Origin: Pirellulales bacterium
GTDB lineage: Bacteria; Planctomycetota; Planctomycetia; Pirellulales; UBA1268
Length of the DNA stretch: 32,333 bases
NCBI GenBank assembly: GCA_039831725.1
Contig: JBDOMQ010000258.1
Coordinates: 1-32,333, forward strand
Direction of reading: 5' to 3'
The notes under the pieces are model-generated. The model had not been told where the DNA came from. It saw only the letters and a program-made list of their open reading frames with translations, and ran no database searches. Of the stretch, positions 8,252 to 16,562 are shown piece by piece; the first letter of the stretch is position 1; every line of letters begins with the position of its first letter. A program made the translations under genes and the position numbers.

Positions 8252-10423
8252 ATGTCAGATTCTAAAGCGACTGCAGTCTCTCCTAACACAACATCTGAAA
8301 ATTCTTTCAAATCGCGAGCTCATAGTTTTTTCAGCAATCGCTTGCTCTGGTCACTTCTTGCAGTCTCTCTCGTACCATTAGCTTTCATGGGCTACGCAAC
8401 GTATTCGTCTGCAGCCAAAGCAATCCAAGACCAGTCGGAACGTAAACTTCAGACAGTGAACAAAATCACAGCAAAAGCCGTCACCAGCTATTTCTCTACA
8501 ATCGAAGAACAGCTTAAGATTACGGCCGAGAACCGAATGACTCTCGAGGCGCTTGAAGCGTTTACCAGTGGCTTCCAGCAACTCAAAAACGATGATTCTC
8601 TAAACGAATCCTCGCTTCAAGACGCTCGAAAAAGTCTCGCTACCTATTACACTGGCGAATTCTCAAATGAATATTTCGACCAAACTGGAGCCCAACCACC
8701 TACCACTGCACTCGTAGAAAACATGTCTGATGTATCAGCATATCTACAGTATCTTTACATCCGGAAAAATGAAAATCCACTTGGCTCAAAAGAACTGTTA
8801 AACGCTGCTGATGATGGATCGTCTTATTCTGCAGCCCACGCTTTATACCACCCAATATTGCGAAATTATCTCAAGCGACTTGGTCTTTACGATTTCTTTC
8901 TGATTGATGCCGACTCTGGAGAAATTGTCTACTCTGTTTTCAAAGAGATCGACTTTGCAACCTCACTAAAATCCGGATCTTTCTCTGGTACGAATTTTGC
9001 AAAAGTTTTTCAGGAATCCATAACTGGCGGACTGCGTGACACCGTTTCTTTTTCTGATTTTGAGAATTACTTGCCTTCCTATCAGGCCCCTGCAAGCTTT
9101 ATTTCTGCACCAATATTTGACGGCCGCAAACTAAAAGGTGTTGTTATCTTCCAACTCCCAATTGATCAAATTACATCAATAATTAGTGAGACCACAGGAA
9201 TGGGAGAAACCGGCGAAACATATGCTGTTGCCGCTGATGGCCTGTTTAGAAGCCAATCTCGATTCCCAGAATCTCTTGGCGTTGAGTCAACGATAATCAA
9301 TCCAAAAATTAGGGTAGACACCCGTGCTGTTGAATCTGCTTTGGTAGAAGGTGAGTCTGGAACAGAACTAATTAAGGATTATCGTGGTGCTGACGTCCTC
9401 TCTTCTTGGCAACCCGTAACTATCCACCGTGACTCCCGTGGAGGTAATAAAAATGTGACCTGGGCCATCATTTCAGAAATTGATTACGCTGAGATCCTTC
9501 AACCAATCCGAACCTTGTTTAGGTTCTCTACAACAATTTTTATTCTAAGCACCGTTGGTGTTCTCCTTGTATCTTTAAGCATTTCACGCCGCTTCTCGCG
9601 GGAGGCTCGTCGTCAATCCTTATTAGTCAGTGGCATCATGGATAACACGCATGCGTTGGCTGGATCTTCTGAAGAGCTGACAACGGTAAGCCAGCAAATG
9701 AGTGCAACCGCAGAAGAGACAACTGCTCAAGCAAATCTTGTTTCGGCCGCAGCTGAGCAAGTCAGCGGTAATACCAAACTTGTCTTATCATCTGTTGACA
9801 ATCTAGTTTCCAGCATTGATGAGATCGCTCATAGTGCACAGGACGCTGCTGCTGTAGCCCGCCAGTCCGTTGACATGGCAGAAAAAACATCAGATACCAT
9901 GGATGAATTAGGGCGGTCGAGTAGCCAAATTGGTCAAGTTATAAAGGTGATTACCACTATTGCCGAACAGACTAACTTATTGGCCCTTAATGCAACGATT
10001 GAAGCTGCACGGGCGGGAGATATGGGCAAAGGTTTTGCTGTTGTTGCAAATGAAGTCAAAGAACTTGCTCGAGAAACGGCTAAGGCTACAGAAGACATTG
10101 GAACGAAAATTGAGGCCATGCAAACAGATACTGAGCGGGCCGTAACAGCGATTGGTGAAATTGCATCTGTGATTGAAAAGATTGATCTTCTACAAACAAA
10201 AATAGCGACTGCGGTTGAGGAGCAATCGGTAACAACGAGTGAAATTAGTAGAAACATTGGGGAGGCTACAACTGGGTCTAGTGAGATTGCACAAAATATC
10301 GTGCAGGTTGCTCGCGCTGCACAGAATACGGCTGAAGGTGCAAATAACACTCAACTGTCTGCCCAAGAACTTTCCCGAATGGCACAAGGCCTTCAACGAC
10401 TAGTCGATGAATACCGGCTTTAG
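8252..10423 (+). CDS. Methyl-accepting chemotaxis protein with a periplasmic double-Cache-like sensor
   Basis: TM1 is [21 protein letters not shown]. An extracytoplasmic region of about 400 aa has Cache-like features. TM2 is [18 protein letters not shown]. The MA domain has the hairpin-tip signature [35 protein letters not shown]. The first ATG is at 8252; the track start at 8207 is a TTG overlapping cheW. Confidence 0.9.
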   Translation: MSDSKATAVSPNTTSENSFKSRAHSFFSNRLLWSLLAVSLVPLAFMGYATYSSAAKAIQDQSERKLQTVNKITAKAVTSYFSTIEEQLKITAENRMTLEALEAFTSGFQQLKNDDSLNESSLQDARKSLATYYTGEFSNEYFDQTGAQPPTTALVENMSDVSAYLQYLYIRKNENPLGSKELLNAADDGSSYSAAHALYHPILRNYLKRLGLYDFFLIDADSGEIVYSVFKEIDFATSLKSGSFSGTNFAKVFQESITGGLRDTVSFSDFENYLPSYQAPASFISAPIFDGRKLKGVVIFQLPIDQITSIISETTGMGETGETYAVAADGLFRSQSRFPESLGVESTIINPKIRVDTRAVESALVEGESGTELIKDYRGADVLSSWQPVTIHRDSRGGNKNVTWAIISEIDYAEILQPIRTLFRFSTTIFILSTVGVLLVSLSISRRFSREARRQSLLVSGIMDNTHALAGSSEELTTVSQQMSATAEETTAQANLVSAAAEQVSGNTKLVLSSVDNLVSSIDEIAHSAQDAAAVARQSVDMAEKTSDTMDELGRSSSQIGQVIKVITTIAEQTNLLALNATIEAARAGDMGKGFAVVANEVKELARETAKATEDIGTKIEAMQTDTERAVTAIGEIASVIEKIDLLQTKIATAVEEQSVTTSEISRNIGEATTGSSEIAQNIVQVARAAQNTAEGANNTQLSAQELSRMAQGLQRLVDEYRL

Positions 10424-10557
10424 AATCAATACTGTTAAATTATAGTTAGCTGCGTCAGATTTAATCACTGAATACAAAAGTACATTCCACATCAACCCGA
10501 CACATTAAGATGAAGAGTTTTTGGTGGAAATATCAAGCATGAAATGGTTTAGACGCC

Positions 10558-12096
10558 ATGGAAAATAATGCCCATGCACTTATAGTCGATGACTCGAAAC
10601 CTGTACGTAGCATTCTTACGAAAGTACTGAGTGGCTTACAGTTTCAGTGCATAGAGGCATCAAACGGAATCGAGGCACTCGACAGGCTTTCTCATATGCC
10701 GCGTCCTGCACTCATCACACTCAACCGCCACATGCCAGAAATGGATGGTTTTGAATTGCTTGGTCGAATTCGTCGTAGCCAACAATTTAAAAAGCTTCCT
10801 GTTGTCATGATTTCAACTGACTCAAGTGAAGCAAGTGTACGAGCAGCAATGAACCTTGGTGCAAACGATTTTCTTGCGAAGCCGTTTACACCAACTGAAC
10901 TCACGAAGCATCTTAAGAAACTTGGGCTCCTCAGAAAAACCAATGCAACGAATAGCGAAAAGCCTGCGAGGACTCTCTCTTCTCCTCCTAACTTACTCAA
11001 AAACGACCACATCCAGAATGATTCCGGACAAGCCCCTATTCGCCTCTTACTCGTCGACGACTCGGCAGCAATTCGTGGAATACTTTCCAAGACATTTCGT
11101 GCTATTCCTGGCATCGAGGTCATTGGAACAGCTGCCAATGGTGAAAAGGCGCTGAGTTTTTTGGAAAAAGAGCATGTCGACATCGTTCTGCTTGACATCG
11201 AAATGCCAGTAATGGATGGGCTTGAGACTCTGCGTCATCTACGAAAAAGATATCCAAAACTATCTGTTGTCATGTTTTCGAGCCTGACAGAAAGAGGAGC
11301 AAAAGTAACCCTGGAAGCATTGGTTGCCGGTGCAAATGATTACGTTGCAAAGCCGACTGGCACCGACAGCAAGAGTATTGTGGACACAATTGAGTCTGAA
11401 TTGGTTCCGAAACTTAAGGCTGTCTATCGACCGCACCGGTTCATACAAAATTCAGCACAAAAAACAGTTACTCCTCCGTCACGACCTAATTTGCCTTTGG
11501 TAAGAAAGTCAAAAAAGATATCCGTTATTGTAATTGCCGTATCTACGGGAGGCCCGAATGCTCTTGCAGAGATTCTACCCCACCTCGTAGTCGCACATGC
11601 CCCGCCGGTCGTGATCGTACAACACATGCCCAAGGAATTCACCGGACATCTGGCAAACAGACTCTCAAAAATGTGCGATCAAAGAGTGAGTGAAGCCACG
11701 GATGGCGAAACTTTACTCCCTGAACACATCTATCTGGCTCCCGGTGGAATTCACCTTGAGCTTCAGAAACATGGAAAGGACATCTGCCTAGCGCTCCATG
11801 ACGGCCCACCTGAGAATTCCTGCCGCCCCTCGGCTGACGTGCTTTTTCGTTCTGCATCAAAATTATTTACAACAGATATTGTAGCACTTGTCCTCACCGG
11901 CATGGGAAGTGATGGACTACAGGGAAGTAAAGTGATTGCCAATGCAGGTGGCACTATTATCGCACAGGATGAATCAAGTAGTGTCGTATGGGGTATGCCT
12001 GGTCAAATTGTTCGAGCAGGACTGGCTGATGCAATAACCCCTCTCGATGCTATTGGTCCGGATCTTGCGATGCGAATTTCACAACAGCAAAAGTAA
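10558..12096 (+). CDS. cheB: Protein-glutamate methylesterase CheB with two N-terminal receiver domains (REC1 lacks the acceptor Asp)
   Basis: REC1 covers aa 1 to about 125 (IVDDSKP...LITLNRHMPEMDG...MISTDS...LAKPF). REC2 reads LLVDDSAAIRG...IVLLDIEMPVMDG...YVAKP. The CheB catalytic triad contexts are AVSTGGP, VIVQHMP and LTGMGSDG. Confidence 0.9.
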   Translation: MENNAHALIVDDSKPVRSILTKVLSGLQFQCIEASNGIEALDRLSHMPRPALITLNRHMPEMDGFELLGRIRRSQQFKKLPVVMISTDSSEASVRAAMNLGANDFLAKPFTPTELTKHLKKLGLLRKTNATNSEKPARTLSSPPNLLKNDHIQNDSGQAPIRLLLVDDSAAIRGILSKTFRAIPGIEVIGTAANGEKALSFLEKEHVDIVLLDIEMPVMDGLETLRHLRKRYPKLSVVMFSSLTERGAKVTLEALVAGANDYVAKPTGTDSKSIVDTIESELVPKLKAVYRPHRFIQNSAQKTVTPPSRPNLPLVRKSKKISVIVIAVSTGGPNALAEILPHLVVAHAPPVVIVQHMPKEFTGHLANRLSKMCDQRVSEATDGETLLPEHIYLAPGGIHLELQKHGKDICLALHDGPPENSCRPSADVLFRSASKLFTTDIVALVLTGMGSDGLQGSKVIANAGGTIIAQDESSSVVWGMPGQIVRAGLADAITPLDAIGPDLAMRISQQQK

Positions 12097-12141
12097 GCTA
12101 CTTTATTTCTTCCTATTTTTTGATGAGACGAGCACTTAAGC

Positions 12142-12966
12142 ATGCAGGTAAGCCCTCCTCAGTTCTCTTACCTCCGCAGTCTGCTTAAGAAAAAAACTGG
12201 CGTCGTTATTGACGAAAGTAAGCAATACCTTGTGGTCGCAAGGCTCTTGCCTATTGTTCGCCAAAGAAAACTTCCAAGCTTGGACACATTGATTGACCGG
12301 ATCCAGACCACGAGTGGTAGCCCACTTGAAAATGATGTCCTGAACGCCATGATGACACACGAAACGAGTTTCTTTCGAGACAAAACTCCATTTGAGACTC
12401 TTAAAAGTATTATCCCGGAGTTTGTCAAGAAACGAGCGGCCACGAAACAACTCACAATCTGGTCTGCAGCGTGCTCAACCGGACAAGAGCCATATAGCAT
12501 CGCGCTATTATTAAACGAGCACTTTGGGAATCTCCTCGCATCATGGAAGATTCGGATAGTCGCAACCGACATTTCAGACATTGTATTGAACAGAGGCCGT
12601 GAGGGGGTGTACAGCGAACTTGAGATTGTCCGGGGTCTTCCCCAACCACTTTTAAAGAAATACTTCCAGCCATTTCAACGAAATTGGAGTATTACTCAGT
12701 CGTGCCGCCAATTTATTGAGTTCCGGAAACTCAATCTAACCCAAGATTGGCCAATTATGACACCGTACGACATTGTTTTCCTACGCAATGTTCTTTTGTA
12801 TTTTGACACCAAGACCCGTGGTGAAGTACTCGGAAAAATGTCTCGCGCAATACGGCCCGATGGTGCTCTCTTTCTTGGTGGAGCAGAGACCATGCTTGGA
12901 ATGAATGCGGGTTATGAACGACTCACAGGAAAGGGATGCAGTTATTACAGACCAAAGCGATCATGA
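12142..12966 (+). CDS. cheR: Chemotaxis protein methyltransferase CheR
   Basis: CheR N-terminal helical domain (..MTHETSFFRDKTPFE..) and SAM-binding core (IWSAACSTGQEPYSIA, IVATDIS, FLRNVLLYF). Confidence 0.9.
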   Translation: MQVSPPQFSYLRSLLKKKTGVVIDESKQYLVVARLLPIVRQRKLPSLDTLIDRIQTTSGSPLENDVLNAMMTHETSFFRDKTPFETLKSIIPEFVKKRAATKQLTIWSAACSTGQEPYSIALLLNEHFGNLLASWKIRIVATDISDIVLNRGREGVYSELEIVRGLPQPLLKKYFQPFQRNWSITQSCRQFIEFRKLNLTQDWPIMTPYDIVFLRNVLLYFDTKTRGEVLGKMSRAIRPDGALFLGGAETMLGMNAGYERLTGKGCSYYRPKRS

Positions 12967-14364
12967 AGAAGGCCCTCGCCACTCAAAACCAAGAATTGAC
13001 ACATCGTCTAATGGACCATTTGGCTCACACCAGGCTTGAATGCTCTCAAGTAGTTCACCTACGCCTGCATCCAGATCACGAGAGCGATTCAGGCTAATAA
13101 CTTCCTTTAATGACTCGTCCCCAAACTGCTCGAGGTCTTTATCCATTGCCTCAGTAACTCCGTCAGAGTAAAGATAAACCCGGTCTCCTTTTTGCAGTTG
13201 GATTGTCTTTTCTTCATATTCTGCCTCAGGGAAAAAACCCACTGGAAGACTATGCAGTGTTTCAAATGTAGCCTCACCTGCAGGTGACACGTGAAGCAGC
13301 GGTGGATGTCCACTCGCGGTATACCGCATCTCTCCTGTTTTTGAATTTATGACACAGTAGATAAAGGTGAAATAGAGTTCAGAAAAGTCCTGTGATTGAA
13401 ATTGCTGATTTAATTCAGTTGCAACTTCAACTGGAGAAACAACTTCAGTTGCACCGTCATCACCAATCCGTACCAACACAGAGCTATCTGATGCTTTTGG
13501 TGTCAGGAATCTACCCACAGTTACCGAGAGTAGTGAAGAAGGCACTCCATGACCACTTACATCGACTACAAAGAGTCCGACATGCTCATCATCGAGCTGA
13601 AAAACATTAAGAAAGTCGCCTGCTAATCCATGGCAGGGAACATATCGCCAGGCTACCTCTCCACAGTTAAAGTGCAGTGTCTCTTCTGCGGGCAAGAGTG
13701 CTCGTTGCACGCGCGCTGCTGCCTCAAGGTCTCTCGTCATCTGATCATTCGCGCTCGCAATTTTTTGATTGAGTTCTCTAAGGTCCTGATTATTCTGTTC
13801 TAGCTGGTCTTTGGCTGTTGCTAGATCCTGATTGGCCTGAATCAACTCTCGATTTTTAGCAACTGCGTTTTCGAAAGTGGATACAAGCAGATTTAGAACC
13901 TGCTGACGCCCCGCGTTGACTTTGAAGGTTTGACCAGCGATTGCGACATCTATTGTCTGGTCCGCACCTTCATCAATTGCAAGTGGCGTTTCGAGCAATG
14001 AATGAATTCGTCCAATCAAATAATCAGGTTCATACGGTTTGGTGACATAGTTATCAGCTCCCGCATCGAGACCTTTAATAATGTCGAGCGGATCAGATAG
14101 CGTTGACAGGAGTACAAAGGGAACCTTCCGTAATTCAGGATCTTGTTTTACTGCCTTGCAAAACTCATAACCCGTCATCGTTGGCATTTCGATATCCGAG
14201 ACAATAATGGCCGGAGCCTGCTCACGGACGAGATCAAGCGCAGCTTGGCCATCTGCGCCCCACCGAACACGATGCCCGGCCTCAGTAAGACGCCGCTCAA
14301 GAATTTTTGCTTGAATGCGGCTATCCTCGGCAATCACGATATCCACACCTTGAGTTGGTGACAT
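12961..14364 (-). CDS. Response regulator with a PP2C/SpoIIE-type Ser phosphatase output (REC, coiled coil, PP2C)
   Basis: The REC domain has an intact acceptor (IIVSDIEMPTMTG, ..YVTKPY). A coiled coil follows (NRELIQANQDLATAKDQLEQNNQDLRELNQKI). SpoIIE/PP2C motifs are present: GDFLNVF..FVVDVSGHGVPSSLLS and LYSDGVTEA. Confidence 0.85.
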   Translation of the reverse strand: MSPTQGVDIVIAEDSRIQAKILERRLTEAGHRVRWGADGQAALDLVREQAPAIIVSDIEMPTMTGYEFCKAVKQDPELRKVPFVLLSTLSDPLDIIKGLDAGADNYVTKPYEPDYLIGRIHSLLETPLAIDEGADQTIDVAIAGQTFKVNAGRQQVLNLLVSTFENAVAKNRELIQANQDLATAKDQLEQNNQDLRELNQKIASANDQMTRDLEAAARVQRALLPAEETLHFNCGEVAWRYVPCHGLAGDFLNVFQLDDEHVGLFVVDVSGHGVPSSLLSVTVGRFLTPKASDSSVLVRIGDDGATEVVSPVEVATELNQQFQSQDFSELYFTFIYCVINSKTGEMRYTASGHPPLLHVSPAGEATFETLHSLPVGFFPEAEYEEKTIQLQKGDRVYLYSDGVTEAMDKDLEQFGDESLKEVISLNRSRDLDAGVGELLESIQAWCEPNGPLDDVSILGFEWRGPSS

Positions 14365-14502
14365 AAAAAGTCTTTCTTATCACTCTCCGCTGTAATGCAT
14401 GCGTGAGTGAGTGGAGTTCACGAAATTTGTTAGTTGTAGTTTGTAGTCTGATTTGACCAGGTCGATCACAATACGTCTAAGAACATGCGAGTAAAGATAG
14501 TT

Positions 14503-14862
14503 TTATTTATTGAGGCGACTGATTCCATGCGTAACATCTGGCTCGAGTCGAAATAATTGATCAAGCCTTGTTATCTCAAACACCTTCTGAACAGGTGGTC
14601 GCACACCACACAGAGCAAAACGGCCATTTCGTTCCGCAAGTTCACGATAAAGCCTCACCAGCACGCTCAGCATGCCACTCGACATCAATTCTACTTGATG
14701 CAAATCAAGTAGAACTTTTTTGCATTTGCTGTCTTGAAGGATGGCTTCTAATTCGCTTGAGAGTGCTTCAATCACAAGGCCTTCAGAAATTCTTGGCTCC
14801 TGAATCTCAAGAATAAGTATGCCTTCTTCGTTCTGCACTGTAATACGTGATTCATTTGACAT
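14503..14862 (-). CDS. STAS-domain anti-sigma-factor antagonist (RsbV/SpoIIAA-like)
   Basis: 119 aa with the STAS pattern ..KKVLLDLHQVELMSSGMLSVLVRLYRELAERNGRFALCGVRPPVQKVFEITRLDQLF. A conserved phosphorylatable Ser context (MSSG) is present. The gene lies upstream of, and is co-oriented with, the REC-PP2C gene. Confidence 0.8.
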   Translation of the reverse strand: MSNESRITVQNEEGILILEIQEPRISEGLVIEALSSELEAILQDSKCKKVLLDLHQVELMSSGMLSVLVRLYRELAERNGRFALCGVRPPVQKVFEITRLDQLFRLEPDVTHGISRLNK

Positions 14863-15078
14863 GAGAGACTCATTAGAAGGTGATCAGGCTAGTCAGATCT
14901 AAGTTCACTGCTCTCCACACAGTGTATTTGCGGTTCCAAGCCCGCCCCGCACCATGAGAAAGCTAGCAAAATTGCTGCGGATTTTCATTATTTTAGGGAA
15001 AAAAACGATTTTTCCGAAGATACTGATTCATCCAGCCGATACCCACATTATAAGGTTTTTTCTTAGGGGGGATTTGAT

Positions 15079-16497
15079 GTGGGTACACCGCGGCCGAAAG
15101 GGTTCTGGGTCGGTTTGTGCATCGTGGCGCTCTGTCACCTGGCATTCTATCACCCGGCATTTTCAGCTCAAAATAATGAGAGAGACAAGCCCACTCTTGC
15201 CAAAGAGAATGCCACTGATGATTCTTCGCAGGATGAAAGTCGTGAGGCTGGTCCGACGCTTCCAAATCCAGTGAAGTCGAAGGCTCCCAAGAAGAAGACA
15301 GCGTCATACGCAGAAACATCTCCTGATGATGCACACCAATCGCCTTCTGATCGAACTGATTCTGACCCAACTGACCAACTCACCAGCGATCATGAGACAC
15401 CCCAGTTTGTAGATGATGTCACCGTAGATGATGTCCCCCTTGTTACTGAGAATATTTTACTTGCGCCAGAGCCGTACGAGCCAACATGTAAAAGTAGGGG
15501 CCGATGTACCAAGCAATGCAGACAATGCTGTCAATGCGACTGTTCTCGTTGTGGCTGCGATTATGACACGTATCTTCTAGTCGATTTTCTTTTCTTCAAG
15601 CGAAATAATGCAACCAGTGGAGCTGTGGTTGCTGAGACCACCAGTCGTGTTCCAGAACTCACAACCCGTTCCACAAATCCTGGCACAGCACCAGGTATTC
15701 GTCTTTTCGGAGGTCGACTTCGCAAGAATGGCATCGGCTGGGAGTTTGGTTACACCGGTGTTTTTGGGATGTTCGGTGAGCGGACAGCCCGCGGTTCCAA
15801 CAATCTTCAAGTACCACAGCCCCTTGGCTCTCTTGTCAATGGCTGGACAAATCTAGATGCCGTCCGATCAACCTACGCATCAAGCTTAAATATGTGTGAG
15901 GTCAATATTTTTACGTCTGAAACAACAGTAAAGGGTGGACCTCACTCTCCTTTTCCTTGGCATCGCGTTCACGGAACATTTGAACATGAATTCCAATGGC
16001 TCGGTGGCTTCCGATGGGCTGGATTGAATGATGTTGCAAATCTGCACGTCGATGTTAACGCGGGTGCGAGCAACAATGACGGAACGTACTCAATTACAAC
16101 AAATTCTCAAATGCTTGGGCCTCAAATTGGATTTAAAACAAAACGTAGATGGAACAATTGGTCTACCGAAGGGTGGGCGAAAACGATGCTCGCAGGAACT
16201 TTTTTAAACGCTGATAGTGCTCCCATTAATACATTAGCAGGTGGCGGATCACCGTACCGTCCTCAAGCCAGTGCTCGAGACGTTGGTGTCGGATTTATTG
16301 GAGACATGAATTACTCAATTGTTCGACGACTCAATCGAAAATGGTCGCTTCGGGCTGGCTATAATCTGATTTGGATCTCTGGAGTAGCCCTGGCACCAAA
16401 TCAATTCGATTTTTCAAACACCAACACGATAACTCTTGCAGGTGCTAGCAACGTCTTCCTGCATGGTGCGAATTTTGGGCTTGAGGCCCAGTGGTAA
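15079..16497 (+). CDS. Putative outer-membrane beta-barrel protein (BBP7-like, Planctomycete type) with an acidic disordered N-region and a Cys cluster
   Basis: GTG start preceded by the G-rich stretch TAGGGGGGA. Signal peptide ..HPAFSA/QN. The C-terminal ~300 aa show alternating hydrophobicity and end in an aromatic residue (..FGLEAQW). The family assignment is from memory of Pfam BBP7 and is tentative. Confidence 0.55.
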   Translation: MGTPRPKGFWVGLCIVALCHLAFYHPAFSAQNNERDKPTLAKENATDDSSQDESREAGPTLPNPVKSKAPKKKTASYAETSPDDAHQSPSDRTDSDPTDQLTSDHETPQFVDDVTVDDVPLVTENILLAPEPYEPTCKSRGRCTKQCRQCCQCDCSRCGCDYDTYLLVDFLFFKRNNATSGAVVAETTSRVPELTTRSTNPGTAPGIRLFGGRLRKNGIGWEFGYTGVFGMFGERTARGSNNLQVPQPLGSLVNGWTNLDAVRSTYASSLNMCEVNIFTSETTVKGGPHSPFPWHRVHGTFEHEFQWLGGFRWAGLNDVANLHVDVNAGASNNDGTYSITTNSQMLGPQIGFKTKRRWNNWSTEGWAKTMLAGTFLNADSAPINTLAGGGSPYRPQASARDVGVGFIGDMNYSIVRRLNRKWSLRAGYNLIWISGVALAPNQFDFSNTNTITLAGASNVFLHGANFGLEAQW

Positions 16498-16562
16498 GAC
16501 CAAAACCGTTGCTTACCTGCAGAAATGACCTGCCACTAATGAAAGTGTCTGCCGACTAGGCT

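Noticed and set aside
14954-15383. ORFs 14954..15274 (+), 14993..15370 (-) and 15168..15383 (-) around the STAS / beta-barrel divergent region.
   Set aside because: They overlap the promoter region and the N-terminal coding region of the 15079..16497 gene. That gene has a convincing signal peptide, and the alternative frames have no features.
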